64,000 nucleotides of DNA from an uncultured Nitrospinota bacterium (lineage in GTDB: Bacteria; Tectomicrobia; Entotheonellia; J063; CAVPRW01): the NCBI GenBank assembly GCA_963707985.1, contig CAVPRW010000020.1, forward strand, positions 1 to 64,000. Direction: 5' to 3'. The translations under genes were made by a program, and so were the position numbers. Below are positions 51,590 through 60,774 of this stretch, piece after piece. The notes beneath the pieces are model-generated. The model had not been told where the DNA came from. It did no database searches and worked only from the letters and a program-made list of their open reading frames with translations. How positions within the stretch are numbered: position 1 is the stretch's first letter; each line of letters starts with the position of its first letter.

Positions 51590-51735
51590 CGCTGCCAACT
51601 GGTCGAGAGAGGCATCCAAGGCCTCAACGAGAATATCCTAGTGGGTTTTGCGTGGCACAAACCCGGCCACATCGGCGACCAACCGCCGCTAACGCTCGGG
51701 GTCGAGCCGAACCGTCAGGGCGATGGTGTCCTTCG
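51590..51735 (-). pseudogene. Ribbon-helix-helix (ParG/CopG-like) remnant with two TAG stops
   Basis: KDTIALTVRLDPER*RRLVAD..RKTH*DILVEALDASLDQ. Confidence 0.55.
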
Positions 51736-52339
51736 TCCCATGGAAGACATTGGCCGCCGACGGGATCGTCGGTGACTGACACCCGTCACCCTACCTCTGC
51801 ACCACTCCAAAACACTAATGGCGGCAATTCATCGTAAAAATGGCCAAGTGTAACAGGGGGAGGGACCTCCCCTGGCCAATGTCCCTGTGCATCACCATGT
51901 AACCGCCTGGTGACCTGTGGAAGGGCTTGCAACGCGCCGATACCGCTTTGCCACAATTGATTGTGCAGCGAGCCTAGTAGCTGGCGGTCGGCACTCCAAC
52001 GCTGTGCAAGCGCTTACACCTTCGGTCCCTGTTGATAGAAGCTTATAAGGGCTTGGACGGTATCTGGAGAGAACAGTAAGAGATGAATACCAGAACTAAC
52101 TCGAAGGCCTCGGCCGCCACCGTGGCGATGTCCTCGGTCCGCATCCGCTCCAGCTACGGCCTTACCTGGTCGGGGTGGCGCTGGCTGAGGTGGTAGAGCC
52201 GCATTGGGCCCCGCCGGGCTGGTTCGCCACCGGCAGCCAGGCGGGCAGGACAGCGCCACAATCGATCCAGCGATCGCATGTACGTGGGGCATTGGTCCTC
52301 CTCTCCTCCCGCTCACCCCTTGGCTCATGGGTGAGGCGC

Positions 52340-53188
52340 CTATGCCTGGGCGAGCTGCTTGATCCGTGCGCTGATGTCCTCGATCGAGGGGATTGGATGA
52401 AAGACGTGGCCCGTCCTGATGGGGGCCATGCGGTTCGCCACGATGATGTAGGCCTTCGGCGGGAGAGGGAGGGGCAGCAGCGGCCGTGTCATGGACTCGG
52501 CAAACCGTACGAGCGCGATGAACGCGTGCTCCATATAGAGGAGTGCGTGCACCGGTGGATGACCATAGATCAGCGCTGTCGAACTCCCCGCCTCGGGGTT
52601 GCTGGGCAGCAGCAGATGCAGGACCACGGTGCCGGCATCCAACCGGGCGAGGAAGGCCTCGCGTGCCACGAGCGTGCGGTGTTCCATCACGACTCGATAG
52701 GCTCGAAGGCGTTGACCGTCGGCCTGCCAGTATGCGTCAAGCATCGGTGCAAAGATGTCTAACACGGGATACGTGCGCAGGTCCGTGTGACCGTGTGTGG
52801 TGAAGATGTCCGAGAGGCGGGCTGGGAGGGATTGCCGAAAGGCCCTGGAGAGATAGGGAAGGACGGCATTCTGGGCGCGCTGACCGGCATGCATGAATGC
52901 GTCGATCGCGTAGGCCAGTTCGTCTCGATCGGCATCTGCGAGAACAAAGCACTCCGGAAGGATCGGCATATCCTCGCCCAGGGTTGCGGCCATCCGGTGG
53001 GTGGCGCCGATGAACGACGTGAACGCATGCCACATTTCGGACACCGCATACGGGAGTAGTTCAAGCGTCACATGGGGCGGTGAGTATAGATGAACCACGG
53101 GTTGGGTTGCCCGAGCGGCCCATTGTTCATCAAGGGCTGAGCGCAACGCGACAAGATGCGTCAGCAGCCCAAGGGGTGGCTGAATCAT
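52340..53188 (-). CDS. Hypothetical helical protein, possibly HEPN-like
   Basis: GGAGGAGG RBS; YW....RLRAYRVVMEH (Rx4H). Confidence 0.55.
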   Translation of the reverse strand: MIQPPLGLLTHLVALRSALDEQWAARATQPVVHLYSPPHVTLELLPYAVSEMWHAFTSFIGATHRMAATLGEDMPILPECFVLADADRDELAYAIDAFMHAGQRAQNAVLPYLSRAFRQSLPARLSDIFTTHGHTDLRTYPVLDIFAPMLDAYWQADGQRLRAYRVVMEHRTLVAREAFLARLDAGTVVLHLLLPSNPEAGSSTALIYGHPPVHALLYMEHAFIALVRFAESMTRPLLPLPLPPKAYIIVANRMAPIRTGHVFHPIPSIEDISARIKQLAQA

Positions 53189-53730
53189 GACTCACACCTC
53201 CTCCGCTAGCCACCGTGCCAGGGCCTCTTGCACCAGCACACTCGTGATGTGACCTGGCGCGGGTTAGAAGAGCGGCGTCGGGTCCGTGACCTGGCCGCAG
53301 AGCGTACACATACACATAAGTCTCATCCCGTTCCTCCTGGAGCAATTCCCCGAGCCTGCGCAACACCTCCAATGCCTCGTCCGTTCGGTTTAGCCAATCG
53401 AGGCGAGCGGATGCTAATCCTCCCTGCATACCACTGCCCGCTACCGCTGAGCGTCGGCAGCGCTTTGGCATGGACCCGTCAAGGGTGATCACATCTCGGT
53501 TATTTCACGAAGCAAAGGGCAACGATGAGCACCAGAGCCGCTAGGATGATGAGGATGCCCCAGACGCTCCCGAGGCCGACGACATCAGGGCCGACGGTGA
53601 AGTAAAACCCCACCATAGGGTGACGAACAGGAGAACGAAAATCTGCGCCGCTGTGCGCTTGGACCGTTTTACCGGTGAGGCAGGAGTCATGCGGGCTCTC
53701 CCAGGCTCTGCGCCATGATGACTTCATGCT

Positions 53731-53975
53731 TCATCGGACCTCGTCACCCTGCGCCAGCAGGCTGCCGATGGTCCCTTTCTGCCACTTCTCTTTGTCGCTG
53801 AGCGTCAGCACCCCTTCGTGATTTAAGCGATTGGCGATCGTCTGCAAGGATAGGCCTTCGTCCCGCAGTTCGCAGTCGAGTGAGCGGCTATGGTGCCCCG
53901 CGTGCCCCGGTCCTCGGCCAACAGCCAGGCCAGAATGTGGCGTTGGAGGCGGGAGAGACGTTCACGGGTCATGGC
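53731..53975 (-). pseudogene. Fused debris: small HTH N-terminus + recombinase-associated C-terminal HTH
   Basis: ERLSRLQRHILAWL..., then EGLSLQTIANRLNHEGV.TLS...WQKGTI in another frame. Confidence 0.6.
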
Positions 53976-54008
53976 CATCCCTGCAAATCTGACGTATGCG
54001 GGCATTGG

Positions 54009-54895
54009 TCAAATACCGGCCTTCAGGTCACGGAGTAATCGGGTAAACGCCTGCTGGTACGCATCGTGGTCCTTCCACTGCTGAATATCTCCGATATGGC
54101 GTTGCCTGCGGATGCCTGCCGCCCAGCCCACCGCACTGTGCATGACCGCCTCGTCAATCCGGATAGGGAACAGTACCACCCGGTTCTCCTGAGCCTCTTT
54201 CGCAAAGGCGGTTTCGACTTCCTTTTGAACCCATCGGCTTTTAACGGAATATTCAGACAGGATGAGGAGAAGTCGGTCATAGACCTGGATCGATTCATCG
54301 ATACGGGACCGAAATTCGTCCCCGATTTTCAAGTCCTCCGGCGCAAACCAGCAACGGACCCCGTTGTCCTGGAGGTCAGCATGCAAGCGTTGCACTAGCG
54401 CGTCATCCCCACTGGAATAGCTGATGAAGCAGGAGTGATACTGGAAGGGTTGCTCGACGAGCGACTTGCTATAGGTGATCATGTCGTCGGGCACGCCAGC
54501 CCCTCGAAGGAAGACCGCGGGGATGTTGCCGTGCGAGCGATAGAGGGTGTCGATGCCGATGGTCGATGGCCCGCTATGATATAGATTCGCAAGCCCTTCA
54601 ACCGTGCTAAGGTCAACATCTCCGAATACAGTCCACCCTGTTTGAGCCCACGTGAGGATTGCTGCAGAAAGGGTGGCCGCTGTGAGGTTTGTCCGATAGA
54701 GCTCTGCCTTGAAGAGGATTGCCTCAGTGAGGTCCGCCCTGTGGAGGTTCGCCTCGTCAATGTCTGCCCAGGAGCGGTTAACCCCGCGGAGGATACTGGG
54801 TAGACATCTGCCCTGTTGAAGTCCACCCCTTGGAGGCCCGGGCGTAGTTCTGGATGCTCGCCTCGCCATCGCTCATATTTCCTCCGCCTGGCCAT
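54009..54895 (-). CDS. Pentapeptide-repeat + TIR domain protein; N-terminus frameshifted near 54800
   Basis: ANLHRADLTEAILFKAELYRTNL; SCFISYS, GVRCWFAPEDLKIG, LS..SV.S.WV.KE, LFPIRID. Confidence 0.88.
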
Positions 54896-55049
54896 CGGTA
54901 TCGAGGTTAATCTGCCACATTCGGTGATATGACACGTCCGACACATCTGCTGACCCTTTAGAATCTGACAGACCTTCCATGGGTCAAGGTACCGGCCGGA
55001 TGAAGCACATCGTGTGATAGCTTCGATGAAGCTAATAGCTCATAAACCT

Positions 55050-55304
55050 TTAGCAGCGATATTCCTTACACTTATACTCGCGCCCAATGCGCTGACAGAT
55101 CACTTCACACTTCCCTGGCTTATCAATGGTGAAGCGATCGGGTAATGGCTGCCCACGCCAGCGCCGATCACGGTCAGGCTTCCACGTGCGAGAACCCTCC
55201 CAATGCTCATCAGATGGGAACGGCGAGCCGCGCCGGTCATCCGTATAGCTCATACTTGCGGTGCACAACACGAGGCCTAGACACACACCGATCCACCAGC
55301 GCAT
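55050..55304 (-). CDS. Small secreted protein with 4-Cys C-terminus
   Basis: GGAGG RBS, signal peptide, KCEVIC..YKC...RC. Confidence 0.65.
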   Translation of the reverse strand: MRWWIGVCLGLVLCTASMSYTDDRRGSPFPSDEHWEGSRTWKPDRDRRWRGQPLPDRFTIDKPGKCEVICQRIGREYKCKEYRC

Positions 55305-55400
55305 CGGTTCAATCCTCCAATTAGTAACTTCTATTCTATGGCATGGATCACGCCTCCGTCCAGAAGTCTTCATCCAGCACCCGGTCGACCGAGAGCGTCT

Positions 55401-55472
55401 GTTCAACGCTAAGGATAACCTGCTGGTATGGAGCGCAGCGGAATACCCGTCAGGTTCATCCTGTGGTTAGGT
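55401..55472 (-). other. attC site (72 bp) of the hicBA cassette
   Basis: ACCTAAC-CACAGGATGAACCTG...CAGGTTATCCTTAGC-GTTGAAC. Confidence 0.85.
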
Positions 55473-55494
55473 GGTGATCGTGCTAGCGCCAACG

Positions 55495-55707
55495 TTACAA
55501 GTCTTGGGGTTGAAGTCCTGTACGCCTGGCGATCCTGGCGAGCATGCGAGGACCGATCTTTTCAGCGTCATGGAAGGCAAAGACGACGTCAGGCCAGCCA
55601 GGGCGAGAGAGGACACGGTGGGACCCATCTTGCCGTTTGATGCGCCAGCCCACACGCAGCAGAGCCGCCAGGACTCGTCTCGCGCTCGTGCTGGACCAGG
55701 TGCTTAT
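55495..55707 (-). pseudogene. hicA: HicA toxin with ATA in place of the start codon (not in ORF track)
   Basis: ISTWSSTSARRVLAALLRVGWRIKRQDGSHRVLSRPGWPDVVFAFHDAEKIGPRMLARIARRTGLQPQDL. Confidence 0.88.
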
Positions 55708-55910
55708 GCGGCGGCGAAGGAAATACTTAACAGGTCTGGGCCAGCCTCGCCATGGTCGAGACGGTCCGCCACGACACGGAGCGCCAACGCTTGGACCTTG
55801 GCCGTCGCTTTCTCAGAACTCTGGCCATACGTCAGTACGCCAGGCAGTTCAAGGACTTCGGCGATCCAGCGGCCGTCATCTTCCTGCTCGATTTCCACCG
55901 TGAATGTCAT
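55704..55910 (-). CDS. hicB: HicB-family antitoxin (short, no DNA-binding domain)
   Basis: EQEDDGRWIAEVLELPGVLTYG. Confidence 0.9.
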   Translation of the reverse strand: MTFTVEIEQEDDGRWIAEVLELPGVLTYGQSSEKATAKVQALALRVVADRLDHGEAGPDLLSISFAAA

Positions 55911-55986
55911 CGGCACCCTCCGCTTCTCCCGTCGCCTATCATTCTACTCTCTGCCTTGCTTGGAGGGTAGTCCCCATGACAAAACC

Positions 55987-56063
55987 ACCGGACGCTCAGG
56001 TTCAGCCGCACTCACGCCGCGGCTGTAATTTCCGATGTGAGAAACGCGCCAGGGCGGTCAGCC
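55987..56063 (-). other. Degenerate attC of the DUF3565 cassette
   Basis: CAGCCG..CGGCTGAACCTGAGC-GTCCGGT; R boxes mutated. Confidence 0.45.
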
Positions 56064-56094
56064 CATTTCTCATCAGCACAGGAACACGTGGCTC

Positions 56095-56304
56095 CTATGC
56101 GTGGCGATCTGGCGGAGCACCTGCGTCGCATTTGACACAAGGCAGCAAGCGGCCGATGGCTTTGGACCGGCCATCTGCGGTAATGACCCAAGGCCGGTTG
56201 CTCCAGGGTGGATGATGCCGGACATGTTGGGCGTGGCCGCACTCAAGCTCAGCCACCCAGTGCTGCTCATCGTCCTGATAGAAGCCAACAATGCGGCGCT
56301 CCAT
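56095..56304 (-). CDS. DUF3565 protein (cassette)
   Basis: GFYQD.E.HWVAELECGH.QHVRH.PPW..RPWV...C.KCD. Confidence 0.88.
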   Translation of the reverse strand: MERRIVGFYQDDEQHWVAELECGHAQHVRHHPPWSNRPWVITADGRSKAIGRLLPCVKCDAGAPPDRHA

Positions 56305-56319
56305 GGTGGTTCCCTGGTC

Positions 56320-56381
56320 GCCTGACGACGGCTCCACACAGCCGTGCGCGTGGGCGCACGGGCTGGAACGTCTTGTTCGGC
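56320..56381 (-). other. attC site (62 bp) of the tspO cassette; R' degenerate
   Basis: GCCGAAC-AAGACGTTCCAGCC...GGCTG..GGAGCCGTC-GTCAGGC; R'' is complementary to the upstream GTTCGGC. Confidence 0.7.
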
Positions 56382-56427
56382 AACATGGCGACGCGCCTGT
56401 CACACGAAACACGCACACGGCACCGTG

Positions 56428-56940
56428 TCATGAACCCAGCAGCTGATGATTGAGTTGCCAGACCCTATAGTTCAACACCGCGGCAAAGCTCACCCACAGC
56501 AGGTAAGGCATGAGCAATGCCCCGGCCAGTGGTCTGACGCGCCAGAAGGTCATCAGGGTGGCCACGATCAACGCCCACAGCAGCACGATGTCGGCGAATG
56601 CCAGGGCGCCGAGGTGCCAGCCGAAAAAGAGCCAACTCCACAACGCATTGCTCGCAAGCTGCACGAGAAATACGCTGAGGGCTGTACGTGCCGCCCGAAA
56701 CCCTCCCATACGCCAAACCAACCATGCGGCAACACCCATAAGCGCGAACAGCGCCGTCCAAACAGGGCCAAAGATCGACGGTGGCGGAGCCCATGCCGGG
56801 CGCACAAGCTGCATGTAAAACGACTCAGCGTTGATCGACGCGGCGCTACCGATGCCGGCAGCCATGAAGGTCACCATGAGCCACGCCACGAGGCCAAGAA
56901 CCTGCTTATGCTTTGGAATCGGAGCCATGAAGAATTGCAT
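56428..56940 (-). CDS. tspO: TspO/MBR tryptophan-rich sensory protein (cassette)
   Basis: P.WAPP..IFGPVWT.L..LMG, QL..NALWS.LFF, PYL.WV.FA..LN. Confidence 0.93.
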   Translation of the reverse strand: MQFFMAPIPKHKQVLGLVAWLMVTFMAAGIGSAASINAESFYMQLVRPAWAPPPSIFGPVWTALFALMGVAAWLVWRMGGFRAARTALSVFLVQLASNALWSWLFFGWHLGALAFADIVLLWALIVATLMTFWRVRPLAGALLMPYLLWVSFAAVLNYRVWQLNHQLLGS

Positions 56941-56944
56941 TTTT

Positions 56945-57057
56945 GCCGAACGCCTCACGCTCAGCGGCAGGCGGTGAAACCACCACCCACCGATGGCTGT
57001 GCCAATGACGTGTGCACCACCGCTGTCCCGCCCGTCCGCTGCCGTGTGTGTCGAGGT
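56945..57057 (-). other. attC site of the peptidase E cassette; R'' degenerate
   Basis: GCAGCGGACGGGCGG...CCGCCTGCCGCTGAGCGTGAGGC-GTTCGGC; clearly related to attC 59755-59866. Confidence 0.8.
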
Positions 57058-57073
57058 CCACGCCGCAGATGGC

Positions 57074-57782
57074 TCACGCATCAGCCTTCAGATACCTAAT
57101 GGCCAAGGGCACCTCTCGCAGAGTCCCACTCCCGACTGAAAAGAAGCGAGCGCTGGCGTGTGAGCGGGATGAAACGGTACAGAATAGCTCGCCGTCGACG
57201 AAATGCAGAGCCACTCCGTCGTCGACCGCGGAACCCGGCCTGATATGCCTGCCGATGACAAGCTGAGTGTAGGACGGGCGTCGCTTGGGGTCGCCATCAA
57301 AGTGACAGGAAAAACTCCCCTTCAAAAAACCCAGGCCATCCATCTTCGATAGACCACCTGGGGTCGAGTCCGTGTGCCCCTCCTCAAACCAACAGAGTGC
57401 GCCCGCACTCAGCCCAGCTAGCACAACCCCACGTTCCCACGCTTGCCGCAAAGCGATGTTCTCGCCCGTACTCTCGCCACACGGCGAGCATCGCACGCGT
57501 GGCTCCGCCGGCGACGTAGACGACATCACTCGTAAGAATGGTCGCTTCGACGTTATCAGGACGCCCGCATGGCCGGAAGACGGCAAGAATCGTCGCCACA
57601 CAAGGGAAACGCTCACATGCGTTGTAGAAGCGGGCGATGGCATCGTGCGAGTCACCTTGCGCGGTGGGCAAAAATAGCACTCTTGGGCATGGGCTGGGCA
57701 CCTGTGCGAGAATGTACTCGTCCAGGAGAGGGTTGTCTGGCTCCATCATGAACCCGCCGCCACCCATCGCAATGATTTGCAT
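57074..57782 (-). pseudogene. Peptidase E (S51 family), +1 frameshift near 57465
   Basis: IIAMGGGGF, FLPTA.GD, YVAGG.T in one frame; GLSAG, CHFD in the next. Confidence 0.88.
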
Positions 57783-57813
57783 GCTCACGTGGACTCCCTG
57801 TAGCCCCTTATGG

Positions 57814-57866
57814 ACCGAACGAAACAGCGTTTTGTGGCGCGCAGCCGCCACAAAACGCTGTTGAAC
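57814..57866 (-). other. Perfect 17-bp-stem hairpin with attC-like ends (atypical attC or terminator)
   Basis: GTTC-AACAGCGTTTTGTGGCG-N6-CGCCACAAAACGCTGTT-TC-GTTCGGT. Confidence 0.45.
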
Positions 57867-58081
57867 GGAACCGCGCGGCATCTCATAGGGAATTTTAATC
57901 CTGTCTGGCCCGCCTGGGAAGCATTTTCGAGGGGGTGTTGGACAAGGGGTTACGGTCCTCGCCGGTGAGAGAAGGCCTGGAGCCTCGGTGGTTGGGTGGG
58001 CACGGGGAGCAGTGCGGAGGGGTTGCTCCGCTGGCCTCAGGACGGTTCACCAGAGATGGGCACACCAGGGGCCCGGACCCG

Positions 58082-58849
58082 TCAGCAGGACGTGTGGCGA
58101 CCAGTAAGAAGAGAGCATGCCGGGAGGCAACTGGGGCGCGCATGGTGGCCCCCGTTGGCGTAGGGGAATGGAACGCATGACGACCAGTAGGCCCTGAGCA
58201 CAGGATGGATAGGGGTGCCCCGCCAGGCAGAGTTGCCGTGGGTACCGGAGGGGCCGATGGACAGGACTCCACAGCCTCTAGTAGCGAACCTTGTGGAACC
58301 CTTGGGGCCACACATGCGGCAGAAAGCGCCGGATGAACTCGTGGGCGGGCAACGTCAAGGTGTTCCCACGCTGGTCCTGGGAGTCCTGGTAGCGAAAGCA
58401 CCCCTGGCCATTATCGATGGCGAGGAGACGGGGGTTGGTCAGCGCGATGCGGTGGATATCTCTGCCCAGGTCGTTCAGGCCTTTCTCCGTGCCTGCCCAG
58501 CCGGTTTGCCGGAGACCACCCCCCCCTTGGTCCAGACCACCTCGGGACTGATCAGGTCAGGGTGTTCCTGGCGCACCAGATCGAGCTACAGGCCACGAAA
58601 CCGCTTCGCGAGGGCAGGGACGGGGACGAGGGAGGACGTGCGCGCTGGCCGCCATTCGGTTCGGTCGGCGGAGACCCCGCCAGCTGGCACCAGGCAGTGG
58701 ACATGCGGATGGGAGGTCAGGGTGCGGGTCCAGGTGTGGAGGATACACAAGACGCCCATCAGGCCGCCCACATGATGCGGGTCCATCGCGAGTTTGATGA
58801 GCGCTTGGGCCGCGGCGCGCAGCACCCTGTCGTACAGGTCTTTTGGGTG
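58082..58849 (-). mobile_element. IS91-family (HUH Y2) transposase remnant with stops and frameshifts
   Basis: LHTW.R.L..HPHVHCLVPAGG; EFIRRFL.HV.P.GFHKVRY. Confidence 0.88.
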
Positions 58850-58942
58850 GCGGCGGGGGCCGCACCACCCCCGACCTGCGCTCTGGCTGAAGCCTGCCGA
58901 GCCATCTGCGGTCCGCCCGTCCGCTGCAGCGCCTGGTTAGCC
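58850..58942 (-). other. attC of the HEPN cassette; right arm replaced by IS91 DNA
   Basis: GGCTAAC-CAGGCGCTGCAGCGGACGGGCGG...CCCCCGCCGC then transposase; R'' is complementary to GTTAGCC at 59755. Confidence 0.8.
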
Positions 58943-59020
58943 ACCCCTAACAAATTCACCTGTCTCGCTATCCACCTTAAATGACAAAAATCCGCGGGAA
59001 TGGGAGCTTGCATTGAATGG

Positions 59021-59701
59021 TCACTGTTCCAGGTTCGCGGCTCCGAAATGCGTGTCGAGAAGCTCCTCCAGCCCCTCAATCATCTGGCGAAGATCACGAT
59101 CGTCGAACGCGCCCCACTCGGCGTGGAATGCCTGGTTTCGGAGGGCGGCGTACGCCTTCAACCGCTCCGCCTTGACCTTGCCGACTATGCGGTTGGACCT
59201 CAACGCATTGATCAGCGAATCGAGGGTCTTGTCATCGGTTGCGATGTTGTGTTTACGGCAAAGTCTCTTGACCGTATCCTCGAGGACTGCACTCGCCAGT
59301 ACCGCGGCCTCCATCTGCTTGCCACGCTCATTGTAGGTAGACGCATGTTGCAAGAACTGGTCGAACGTCAGGCCGGCAAAGTGGAGTTCTAAGGTGTTCA
59401 GGAGCCCATTAGACCACTCCGCAGCAGCCGATTTCAGAATTCCGAGGATAGTTGCCATAAGTTCACGAAAAATTGGCGAGTGGGAGGCTGGTAACAGACG
59501 TTGCGCCTCCCGTCGGTAACGGCTATCAACTGGCATGGCGATCTCCAGCAGATTGACCGCGGAAAGGAGCCATGATAGGCATTCGGAACGGTCGTCAACG
59601 TCAACGGAGTGCGTCCCCTTGATTTGCGCGAACAGCTGCTCACCCACTTCGACGAGTTCGGTGAATCGTCGTTCGATACCTTCGATCAAAGTGTTAGTCA
59701 T
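59021..59701 (-). CDS. DUF4145/HEPN-like protein (cassette)
   Basis: AAVLASAVLED..KRLC, LRNQAFH (RNx3H). Confidence 0.8.
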   Translation of the reverse strand: MTNTLIEGIERRFTELVEVGEQLFAQIKGTHSVDVDDRSECLSWLLSAVNLLEIAMPVDSRYRREAQRLLPASHSPIFRELMATILGILKSAAAEWSNGLLNTLELHFAGLTFDQFLQHASTYNERGKQMEAAVLASAVLEDTVKRLCRKHNIATDDKTLDSLINALRSNRIVGKVKAERLKAYAALRNQAFHAEWGAFDDRDLRQMIEGLEELLDTHFGAANLEQ

Positions 59702-59754
59702 CTCACTTGCCCTTTGCCATCCCCCTCTGCGCGTCGACATTCTCAAGTTGGGTG

Positions 59755-59866
59755 GGCTAACGCTCACGCTCAGCGGCGGGCGGGGAAATCACCACCCACC
59801 TGCGGCTGTACTGACAATGGATGCACCGCCACTTTCCCGCCCGTCCGCTGCAGCGGGTGGTTAGGT
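59755..59866 (-). other. Intact attC site (112 bp)
   Basis: ACCTAAC-CACCCGCTGCAGCGGACGGGCGGG...CCCGCCCGCCGCTGAGCGTGAGC-GTTAGCC. Confidence 0.9.
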
Positions 59867-59895
59867 GCGGGACCGGAGACGGGACCAAGACCCAC

Positions 59896-60294
59896 TTACT
59901 GTTTTCCTAACGCTGGCGCCGTGGGGTGAGAGGATTCCTCGGATAGACCAATAAGACTCTCGAAGGGAATGTGTAAATGCGTGTGCAAGCGCCGAATCAT
60001 GTTTAACGAGAGCTTGCGCTGACGATTCAGCACTTCTGCGACCCGCCCACGCTTCCCCAGGTACGGCTCGAGGTCCTTCCGCGTTAACCCCATTTGTTCC
60101 ATCCGAAACTTAATGGCCTCGACCGGGTCTGGGGGATCAATGGGGTAGTGCGCTTGTTCGTACGCCTCGACCAAGGTGAGCAGAATATCGAGCTTATCGC
60201 CCTTCGGGGTGTTTGCGGCTGCCCCCCAGAGCTGCTCAATTTCCCCCAGGGCACGCTCATAATCGGCTTCGGTTTTGATAGGGCGAATGTCCAT
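59896..60294 (-). CDS. higA: HigA antitoxin (Xre HTH)
   Basis: PIKTEADYE.AL, L.TLVEAYE, PDPVEAIKFRMEQ.GL, EVLNR.RKLSL.MIRRLH. Confidence 0.93.
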   Translation of the reverse strand: MDIRPIKTEADYERALGEIEQLWGAAANTPKGDKLDILLTLVEAYEQAHYPIDPPDPVEAIKFRMEQMGLTRKDLEPYLGKRGRVAEVLNRQRKLSLNMIRRLHTHLHIPFESLIGLSEESSHPTAPALGKQ

Positions 60295-60596
60295 TACACC
60301 ACCTCGGCATCAATCGTGTCGTACTGGGCATGGGTTCCGATGAATCTGATGAACAACGCTTGGCGCTGATAATCCACCGCAACGATTAACCGATACTTGT
60401 TGCCACCAATGTTAAAGACGACCCGATTGTTTTTCAGAATGCTCGCATGCCGAAACTGGGCCTTAATGTCTTGTGGGGTGTGCCACTGCGCTTTCCGGGC
60501 TTCCGCATACCAGGCTTCCAGCGGCCCTTTGGCATCGGCATACTGCGGCGTAGATTCCCAAAATCGCCGCAAGGTTCGTTTTGCTATCACTCGCAT
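60294..60596 (-). CDS. higB: HigB toxin (RelE superfamily)
   Basis: MRVIAKRTL..FW, L.AWY, RVVFNIGGNKYRLI, FIGTHAQYD. Confidence 0.94.
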   Translation of the reverse strand: MRVIAKRTLRRFWESTPQYADAKGPLEAWYAEARKAQWHTPQDIKAQFRHASILKNNRVVFNIGGNKYRLIVAVDYQRQALFIRFIGTHAQYDTIDAEVV

Positions 60597-60603
60597 ACGC
60601 GAG

Positions 60604-60632
60604 ATTATAGGGCGATCCCATTCCGGGATCAA
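60604..60632 (-). promoter_or_regulatory. higBA sigma-70 promoter with overlapping operator palindrome
   Basis: TTGATC-N17-TATAAT; GATCCC-N5-GGGATC; ATG 7 nt after the -10 box. Confidence 0.8.
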
Positions 60633-60667
60633 GATTGCTGAGAGCTGAGAAGTCGCGAGATTTTGGC

Positions 60668-60749
60668 ACCTAACGCTGGCGCTCACCTGCTGCCGGAAGC
60701 GGGAGCGGAGCGGACGCTGTAGGCAGTCAGGTGCAGTGCTTTGTTCGGC
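60668..60749 (-). other. Intact attC site (82 bp)
   Basis: GCCGAAC-AAAGCACTGCACCTGACTGCC...GGCAGCAGGTGAGCGCCAGC-GTTAGGT. Confidence 0.9.
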
Positions 60750-60774
60750 TCAGACTCGGTCAGTAGGTGTAGAA

